Source: Eledone cirrhosa | Taxonomy: Eukaryota | Assembly (NCBI GenBank): GCA_964016885.1 | Contig: OZ024746.1 | Span: 101,556,001-101,620,000, forward strand | DNA length: 64,000 nt | Direction: 5' to 3' | Part shown: positions 54,128 through 64,000 of the stretch, piece after piece | Layout: each line of letters starts with the position of its first letter | Numbering within the stretch: the stretch's first letter is position 1 | Made by a program: the position numbers and the translations under genes | The notes under the pieces: generated by a model | Told to the model about the DNA's origin: nothing | The model's database searches: none | The model's input: only the letters and a program-made list of their open reading frames with translations

Positions 54128-54677
54128 TCAGTTCTACTGTTCAACAGTTCAACAGTTCTTCAGTTCAACAGTTCTACTGTTCAACAGTTCTACTGTTCTA
54201 CAGTTCTACAGTTCTACTGTTCTACAGTTCTACAGCTCAACAGTTCAACAATTCTACAGCTCAACAGTTCTACAGTTCTTCAGTTCTACAGTTCTACAGT
54301 TCTACAGTTCATCAGTTCGACAGTTCAACATTTCTACTGTTCAACAGTTCTACAGTTCTACAGTTCATCAGTTCGACAGTTCAACATTTCTACTGTTCAA
54401 CAGTTCTACAGTTCATCAGTTCGACAGTTCAACATTTCTACTGTTCAACAGTTCTACAGTTCTACAGTTCATCAGTTCAACAGTTCATCAGTTCGACAGT
54501 TAGACAGTTCAGCAGTTCTACTGTTCAACAGTTCTTCAGTTCATCAGTTCAATAGTTCTAGAGTTCAACAGTTCTACTGTTCAACAGTTCAACAGTTCTT
54601 CAGTTCAACAGTTCTTCAGTTCATCAGTTCAACAGTTCTTCAGTTCTACAGTTCAACAGTTCTACTGTTCAACAGTT
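54128..54677. repeat. 8-bp satellite, short diverged block
   Basis: gttc(t/a)ac(a/t) with block-specific variants gttcatca and gttcgaca. Confidence 0.97.
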
Positions 54678-54769
54678 TGTAGAAGATGACGCCACATTCT
54701 GACGTCAGTAGCTGAATACACTCTTTTTTCAACATTGTGAGTCTTTTCCTTTCGCACACACACCTGCTT

Positions 54770-54814
<45 letters not shown>

Positions 54815-55579
54815 ATCACCAAGATATAAGACTACGACCCTTTCCGGTCGGAGGGTTCATTGGCCCAAAAAACTGTAGCACTGTATATTTTTAAGCTGCA
54901 ATTGTGCGGCGCTTTAATCCTGTATTTTCTATTTGAACTTTTAGAAATTGTATTTACATTCTTTCTCGTTCTTGCATGCTTGTTTCATATGTCCTTTTGA
55001 AATTTGTTGTGCCCTTCATGCTCGGTTGGGTTGATTGCTCCTTGGTTTGGGGTTTTTGCTAGTTGCTCATCGTTTTCTACATACATGGTCCGATGAACCG
55101 ATTTTTATTTCTTTTTTTAAAAATCTGGTGGGAGGTCATGTAGAAGATCACGCCACCTAGCTTTGACTTTGGAGGCAGTCGATTAACTGCCCTTAGTTCT
55201 GACGTAACGTTCTGACGTCAGTAGCTGAATACACTCTTTTTTCAACTTTGCGTGTTGATGCGAGCCGACGCATTTCACTGTGGCGAAACAGCGATATCAC
55301 ACCATGCGTTCATGGGATATTTGAACACCGCCACAAAATGATAATTACGAATTACCAATCAAGGGACAACTGATATGATAACCTGTTTTGTTTATTGCCC
55401 TGATTAAATGCTCATGTACATATAATCTCGAGGTATATTCTTTTTGTTTAATTGTTTACCTACACCTAACAACAAATAGAAGAGATGTACTAGTAGCCAA
55501 GCTAAGAAAACGAACTCCCCTCTAAATCGTAAAGCAACGCAGCCTTCTAAAATGGTGACCATCTCTCCCAAGTGGTAAC

Positions 55580-58500
55580 AATTCTACAGTTCAACAGTTC
55601 CACTGTTGTACAGTTCAACAGTTCTACCGTTCTACAGTTCAACAGTTCTACAGTTCAACAGTTCTACAGTTCCCCTGTTCAACAGTTCTACAGTTCCACT
55701 GTTCAACAGTTCTACTGTTCAACAGTTCTACAGTTCTACAGTTCAACAGTTCAACAGTTCTACTGTTCAACAGGTCTACTGTTCAACAGTCCTACTGTTC
55801 AACAGTTCAACAGTTCTACTGTTCTACAGTTCAACAGTTCTACTGTTCAACAGTTCTACAGTTCCACTGTTCTACAGTTCTACAGTTCTACAGTTCTACT
55901 GTTCTACAGTTCTACAGTTCAACAGTTCCACTGTTCAACAGTTCTACAGTTCCACTGTTCTACAGTTCTACAGTTCTACGGTTCAACAGTTCTACAGTTC
56001 CACTGTTCAACAATTCTACTGTTCTACAGTTCTACAGTTCAACAGTTCTACTGTTCAACAGTTCTACAGTTCAACAGTTCTACAGTTCCACTGTTCTACA
56101 GTTCTACAGTTCAACAATTCTACAGTTCTACAGTTCTACAGTTCAACAGTTCTACAGTTCTACAGTTCTACTGTTCTACAGTTCTACAGTTCAACAGTTC
56201 TACTGTTCAACAGTTCTACAGTTCAACAGTTCTACTGTTCAACAGTTCTACAGTTCAACAATTCTACAGTTCCACTGTTCAACAGTTCAACAGTTCTACA
56301 GTTCTACTGTTCTACAGTTCTACTGTTCAACAGTTCTACAGTTCAACAGTTCTACAGTTCTACTGTTCTACAGTTCTACAGTTCTACAGTTCTACAGTTC
56401 TACTGTTCTACAGTTTAACAGTTCCACTGTTCAACAGTTCTACAGTTCCACTGTTCTACAGTTCTACAGTTCTGCAGTTCAACAGTTCTACAGTTCAACA
56501 GTTCTACAGTTCTACAGTTCTACAGTTCCACTGTTCAACAGTTCTACTGTTCTACAGTTCTACAGTTCAACAGTTCTACTGTTCAACAGTTCAACAGTTC
56601 TACAGTTCTACAGTTCAACAGTTCTACAGTTCTACTGTTCTACAGTTCTACAGTTCTACAGTTCTACAGTTCTACTGTTCTACAGTTCTACAGTTCAACA
56701 GTTCCACTGTTCAACAGTTCTACAGTTCCACTGTTCTACAGTTCTACAGTTCTGCAGTTCAACAGTTCTACAGTTCTACAGTTCTACAGTTCTACAGTTC
56801 CACTGTTCAACAGTTCTACTGTTCTACAGTTCAACAGTTCTACTGTTCAACAGTTCAACAGTTCTACAGTTCAACAGTTCTACAGTTCTACTGTTCTACA
56901 GTTCTACAGTTCAACAGTTCTACTGTTCAACAGTTCTACAGTTCAACAGTTATACAGTTCCACTGTTCAACAGTTCAACAGTTCAACAGTTCAACTGTTC
57001 AACACTCCTACTGTTCAACAGTTCTACAGTTCAACAGTTCTACAGTTCTACAGTTCTACTGTTCTACAGTTCTACAGTTCAACAGTTCTACTGTTCAACA
57101 GTTCAACAGTTCAACAGTTCAACAGTTCTACTGTTCAACAGTTCTACAGTTCCACTGTTCAACAGTTCTACAGTTCAACAGTTCTACAGTTCCACTGTTC
57201 AACAGTTCTACAGTTCAACAGTTCTACTGTTCAACAGTTCTACAGTTCAACAGTTCTACAGTTCCACTGTTCTACAGTTCTACAGTTCTACTGTTCTACA
57301 GTTCTACAGTTCAACAGTTCCACTGTTCAACAGTTCTACAGTTCTACAGTTCAACAGTTCAACAGTTCAACAGTTCTACTGTTCAACAGTTCTACTGTTC
57401 AACAGTCCTACTGTTCAACAGTTCAACAGTTCTACAGTTCTACTGTTCTACAGTTCAACAGTTCTACTGTTCAACAGTTCTACAGTTCAACAGTTCTACA
57501 GTTCCACTGTTCTACAGTTCTACAGTTCTACAGTTCTACAGTTCTACAGTTCCACTGTTCAACAGTTCTACAGTTACACTGTTCTACAGTTCTACAGTTC
57601 TACAGTTCAACAGTTCTACAGTTCTACAGTTCTACTGTTCAACAGTTCTACTGTTCTACAGTTATACAGTTCAACAGTCCTACTGTTCAACAGTTCTACA
57701 GTTCAACAGTTCTACAGTTCTACTGTTCTACAGTTCAACAGTTCTACTGTTCAACAGTTCAACAGGTCAACAGTTCAACAGTTCTACTGTTCAACAGTTC
57801 TACAGTTCTACTGTTCTACAGTTCAACAGTTCTACTGTTCAACAGTTCAACAGTTCTACAGTTCTAATGTTCTACAGTTCAACAGTTCTACTGTTCAACA
57901 GTTCTACAGTTCAACAGTTCTACAGTTCCACTGTTCTACAGTTCTACAGTTCTACAGTTCTACAGTTCCACTGTTCAACAGTTCTACAGTTCTACTGTTC
58001 AACAGTTCTACTGTTCTACAGTTATACAGTTCAACAGTCCTACTGTTCAACAGTTCTACAGTTCAACAGTTCTACAGTTCTACTGTTCTACAGTTCAACA
58101 GTTCTACTGTTCAACAGTTCAACAGTTCAACAGTTCAACAGTTCTACTGTTCAACAGTTCTACAGTTCTACTGTTCTACAGTTCAACAGTTCTACTGTTC
58201 AACAGTTCAACAGTTCTACAGTTCAACAGCTCCACTGTTCAACAGTTCAACAGTTCTACAGTTCTACTGTTCTACAGCTTGACAGTTCTACTGTTCAACA
58301 GTTCTACAGTTCTACAGTTGCACTGTTCTACAGTTCTACAGTTCTACAGTTCTACTGTTCTACAGTTCTACAGTTCCACTGTTCAACAGTTCTACAGTTC
58401 CACTGTTCTACAGTTCTACAGTTCTGCAGTTCAACAGTTCTACAGTTCAACAGTTCTACAGTTCTACTGTTCAACAGTTCTACTGTTCTACAGTTCAACA

Positions 58501-61500
58501 GTTCTACTGTTCAACAGTTCTACAGTTCAACAGTTCTACAGTTCTACTGTTCTACAGTTCTACAGTTCTACAGTTCAACAGTTCTACAGTTCTACAGTTC
58601 TACTGTTCTACAGTTCTACTGTTCTACAGTTCTACAGTTCTACAGTTCAACAGTTCCACTGTTCAACAGTTCTACAGTTCAACAGTTCTACAGTTCCACT
58701 GTTCAACAGTTCTACAGTTCAACAGTTCTACTGTCCAACAGTTCTACAGTTCAACAGTTCTACAGTTCTACAGTTCTGCAGTTCAACAGTTCCACTGTTC
58801 AACAGTTCTACAGTTCTACAGTTCTACAGTTCAACAGTTCAACAGTTCAACAGTTCTACTGTTCAACAGTTCTACTGTTCAACAGTCCTACTGTTCAACA
58901 GTTCAACAGTTTTACAGTTCTACTGTTCTACAGTTCAACAGTTCTACAGTTCAACAGTTCTACAGTTCCACTGTTCTACAGTTCTACAGTTCTACAGTTC
59001 TACTGTTCTACAGTTCTACAGTTCAACAGTTCCACTGTTCAACAGTTCTACAGTTGCACTGTTCTACAGTTCTACAGTTCTGCAGTTCTACAGTTCAACA
59101 GTTCTACTGTTCTACAGTTCTACTGTTCAACAGTTCTACAGTTCAACAGTTCTACAGTTCCACTGTTCTACAGTTCTACAGTTCAACAGTTCTACAGTTC
59201 TACAGTTCAACAGTTCTACAGTTCTACAGTTCTACTGTTCTACAGTTCTACAGTTCAACAGTTCTACAGTTCCACTGTTCAACAGTTCTACAGTTCCACT
59301 GTTCTACAGTTCTACAGTTCTGCAGTTCAACAGTTCTACAGTTCAACAGTTCTACAGTTCTACAGTTGCACTGTTCAACAGTTCTACTGTTCTACAGTTC
59401 AACAGTTCTACTGTTCAACAGTTCTACAGTTCAACAGTTCAACAGTTCAACAGTTCTACAGTTCTACTGTTCTACAGTTCAACAGTTCTACAGTTCCACT
59501 GTTCTACAGTTCTACAGTTCTACAGTTCTACAGTTCTACAGTTCCACTGTTCAACAGTTCTACAGTTACACTGTTCTACAGTTCTACAGTTCTACAGTTC
59601 AACAGTTCTACAGTTCTACAGTTCTACTGTTCAAAAGTTCTACAGTTCTATAGTCATACAGTTCAACAGTCCTACTGTTCAACAGTTCTACAATTCAACA
59701 GTTCTACAGTTCTACAGTTATACTGTTCTACAGTTTTACAGTTCAACAGTTCTACTGTTCAACAGTTCAACAGTTCAACAGTTCAACAGTTCTACTGTTT
59801 AACAGTTCTACAGTTCTACTGTTCTACAGTTCTACAGTTCAACAGTTCTACTGTTCAACAGTTCAACAGTTCTACAGTTCAACAGTTCCACTGTTCAACA
59901 GTTCAATAGTTCTACAGTTCTACTGTTCTACAGCTCGACAGTTCTACTGTTCAACAGTTCTACAGTTCAACAGTTCTACAGTTCCACTGTTCTACAGTTC
60001 TACAGTTCTACAGTTCCACTGTTCAACAGTTCTACAGTTCCACTGTTCTACAGTTCTACAGTTCTGCAGTTCAACAGTTCTACAGTTCAACAGTTCTACA
60101 GTTCTACAGTTGCACTGTTCAACAGTTCTACTGTTCTACAGTTCAACAGTTCTACTGTTCAACAGTTCTACAGTTCTACAGTTCAACAGTTCAACAGTTC
60201 TACTGTTCAACAGTTCTACTGTTCAACAGTCCTATTGTTCAACAGTTCAACAGTTCTACAGTTCTACTGTTCTACAGTTCAACAGTTCTACTGTTCAACA
60301 GTTCCACAGTTCAACAGTTCTACAGTTCCACTGTTCTACAGTTCTACAGCTCTACAGTTCTACTGTTCTACAGTTCTACTGTTCAACAGTTCTACAGTTC
60401 AACAGTTCAACAGTTCTACAGTTCTACAGTTCTACAGTTCCACTGTTCTACAGTTCTACAGTTCTACAGTTCCACTGTTCAACAGTTCTACAGTTCCACT
60501 GTTCTACAGTTATACAGTTCTACAGGTCAACAGTTCTACAGTTCTACTGTTCTACAGTTCTACAGTTCAACAGTTCCACTGTTCAACAGTTCCACTGTTC
60601 TACATTTCTACAGTTCAACAGTTCTACAGTTCCACAGTTCTACAGTTCTACAGTTACACTGTTCAACAGTTCTACTGTTCTACAGTTCTACAGTTCAACA
60701 GTTCTACTGTTCAACAGTTCAACAGTTCTACAGTTCTACAGTTCAACAGTTCTACAGTTCTACTGTTCTACAGTTCTACAGTTCTACAGTTCAACAGTTC
60801 TACTGTTCAACAGTTCTACTGTTCAACAGTTCTACAGTTCCACTGTTCAACGGTTCTACAGTTCAACAGTTCTACAGTTCCACTGTTCAACAGTTCTACA
60901 GTTCAACAGTTCTACAGTTCTACTGTTCTACAGTTCAACAGTTCTACAGTTCCACTGTTCTACAGTTCTACAGTTCTACTGTTCTACAGTTCTACAGTTC
61001 AACAGTTCCACTGTTCAACAGTTCTACAGTTCTACAGTTCAACAGTTCAACAGTTCAACAGTTCTACTGTTCAACAGTTCTACTGTTCAACAGTCCTACT
61101 GTTCAACAGTTCAACAGTTCTACAGTTCTACTGTTCTACAGTTCAACAGTTCTACTGTTCAACAGTTCTACAGTTCAACAGTTCTACAGTTCCACTGTAC
61201 TACAGTTCTACAGTTCTACTGTTCTACAGTTCTACAGTTCAACAGTTCCACTGTTCAACAGTTCTACAATTCTACAGTTCAACAGTTCAACAGTTCTACT
61301 GTTCAACAGTTCTACTGTTCAACAGTCCTACTGTTCAACAGTTCAACAGTTCTACAGTTCTACTGTTCTACAGTTCAACAGTTCTACAGTTCCACTGTTC
61401 TACAGTTCTACAGTTCTACAGTTCTACAGTTCTACAGTTCCACTGTTCAACAGTTCTACAGTTACACTGTTCTACAGTTCTACAGTTCAACAGTTCTACA

Positions 61501-64000
61501 GTTCTACTGTTCAAAAGTTCTACAGTTCTATAGTCATACAGTTCAACAGTCCTACTGTTCAACAGTTCTACAATTCAACAGTTCTACAGTTCTACAGTTA
61601 TACTGTTCTACAGTTTTACAGTTCAACAGTTCTACTGTTCAACAGTTCAACAGTTCAACAGTTCTACTGTTCAACAGTTCTACAGTTCTACTGTTCTACA
61701 GTTCTACTGTTCTACAGTTCTACAGTTCAACAGTTCTACTGTTCAACAGTTCAACAGTTCTACAGTTCAACAGTTCCACTGTTCAACAGTTCAATAGTTC
61801 TACAGTTCTACTGTTCTACAGCTCGACAGTTCTACTGTTCAACAGTTCTACAGTTCAACAGTTCTACAGTTCCACTGTTCTACAGTTCTACAGTTCTACA
61901 GTTCTACAGTTCCACTGTTCAACAGTTCTACAGTTCCACTGTTCTACAGTTCTACAGTTCTGCAGTTCAACAGTTCTACAGTTCAACAGTTCTACAGTTC
62001 TACAGTTGCACTGGTCAACAGTTCTACTGTTCTACAGTTCAACAGTTCTACTGTTCAACAGTTCTACAGTTCAACAGTTCTACAGTTCCACTGTTCTACA
62101 GTTCAACAGTTCTACAGTTCTACAGTTCAACAGTTCTACAGTTCTACAGTTCTACTGTTCTACAGTTCTACAGTTCTACAGTTCCACAGTTCCACTGTTC
62201 AACAGTTCTACAGTTCAACAGTTCTACAGTTCCACTGTTCAACAGTTCTACAGTTCAACAGTTCTACTGTTCAACAGTTCTACAGTTCAACAGTTCTACA
62301 GTTCCATTGTACTACAGTTCTACAGTTCAACAGTTCCACTGTTCAACAGTTCTACAGTTCTACAGTTCAACAGTTCAACAGTTCAACAGTCCTACTGTTC
62401 AACAGTTCAACAGTTTTACAGTTCTACTGTTCTACAGTTCAACAGTTCTACAGTTCAACAGTTCTACAGTTCAACAGTTCTACAGTTCCACTATTCTACA
62501 GTTCTACAGTTCTACAGTTCTACTGTTCTACAGTTCAACAGTTCCACTGTTCAACAGTTCTACAGTTCCACTGTTCTACAGTTCTACAGTTCTGCAGTTC
62601 AACAGTTCTACAGTTCAACAGTTCTACAGTTCTACAGTTCTACAGTTCTACTGTTCTACAGTTCTACAGTTCAACAGTTCTACAGTTCCACTGTTCAACA
62701 GTTCTACAGTTCCACTGTTCAACAGTTCTACTGTTCAACAGTTCTACAGTTCAACAGTTCTACAGTTCCACTGTTCTACAGTTCTACAGTTCTGCAGTTC
62801 AACAGTTCTACAGTTCAACAGTTCTACAGTTCTACAGTTCCACTGTTCAATAGTTCTACTGTTCTACAGTTCTACAGTTCAACAGTTCTACTGTTCAACA
62901 GTTCTACAGTTCAACAGTTCTACAGTTCCACTGTTCTACAGTTCTACAGTTCTGCAGTTCAACATTTCTACAGTTCAACAGTTCTACAGTTCTACAGTTC
63001 CACTGTTCAACAGTTCTACTGTTCTACAGTTCTACAGTTCAACAGTTCTACTGTTCAACAGTTCTACAGTTCAACAGTTCTACAGTTCTACAGTTCTACT
63101 GTTCTACAGTTCTACAGTTCTACAGTTCTACTGTTCAACAGTTCTACAGTTCAACAGTTCTACAGTTCCACTGTTCAACAGTTCAACAGTTCTACTGTTC
63201 AACAGTTCTACAGTTCAACAGTTCTACAGTTCCACTGTTCTACAGTTCTACAGTTCTGCAGTTCAACAGTTCTACAGTTCAACAGTTCTACAGTTCTACA
63301 GTTCCACTGTTCAACAGTTCTACTGTTCTACAGTTCTACAGTTCAACAGTTCTACTGTTCAACAGTTCTACAGTTCAACAGTTCTACAGTTCCACTGTTC
63401 TACAGTTCTACAGTTCTGCAGTTCAACAGTTCTACAGTTCAACAGTTCTACAGTTCTACAGTTCCACTGTTCAACAGTTCTATTGTTCTACAGTTCTACA
63501 GTTCAACAGTTCTACTGTTCAACAGTTCTACAGTTCAACAGTTCTACAGTTCCACTGTTCTACAGTTCTACAGTTCAACAATTCTACAGTTCAACAGTTC
63601 TACAGTTTTACAGTTCCACTGTTCAACAGTTCTACTGTTCTACAGTTCTACAGTTCTGCAGTTCAACAGTTCTACAGTTCAACAGTTCTACAGTTCTACA
63701 GTTCCACTGTTCAACAGTTCTACTGTTCTACAGTTCAACAGTTCTACTGTTCAACAGTTCTACAGTTCAACAGTTCTACAGTTCTACAGTTCTACAGTTC
63801 TACTGTTCTACAGTTCTACAGTTCAACAGTTCTACTGTTAAACATTTCAACAGTTCAACAGTTCAACAGTTCAACAGTTCTACTTTTCAACAGTTTTACA
63901 GTTCAACAGTTCTTCAATTCCACTGTTCAACAGTTCTACAGTTCAACAGTTCTACAGTTCCACTGTTCAACAGTTCTACAGTTCAACAGTTCTACTGTTC
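55580..64000. repeat. 8-bp satellite array (>8.4 kb, runs off the window end)
   Basis: Units gttctaca, gttcaaca, gttctact and gttccact. Confidence 0.99.

Noticed and set aside
55572-63841. 1445-aa and 1243-aa ORFs
   Set aside because: They are translations of a stop-free 8-bp satellite. All frames give the same peptide and there is no codon-level structure.

Overview
AT-rich, repeat-dense eukaryotic genomic DNA. The SINE, RTE-LINE and microsatellite content suggests a coleoid cephalopod such as Octopus (inference). No intact protein-coding ORF is present. The long 'SSTVLQFY', 'YIYI' and 'LNYLLYTRVDH' ORFs are satellite artefacts. Recognisable content: a full-length but degenerate Helitron (18303-24930), a degenerate hAT transposase (12870-14650), a truncated Ty3/gypsy element with one LTR and a tRNA-Trp PBS (50540-53450), many RTE-LINE fragments, two tRNA-SINE families and three large satellite arrays (42/44, 20/22 and 8 bp). 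A phase-consistent chain of small minus-strand exons of an unidentified host gene lies at about 1.5-9.8 kb. The most striking signal is non-coding: about 13 type I hammerhead-ribozyme motifs plus several half-motifs, of the Penelope-like/retrozyme minimal type. They sit in short modules bounded by (TA)n that form fold-back palindromes. Two copies of one module have the palindrome loop in opposite (flip/flop) orientations, two palindromes turn back inside ribozyme stem II, and one palindrome duplicates flanking target DNA.
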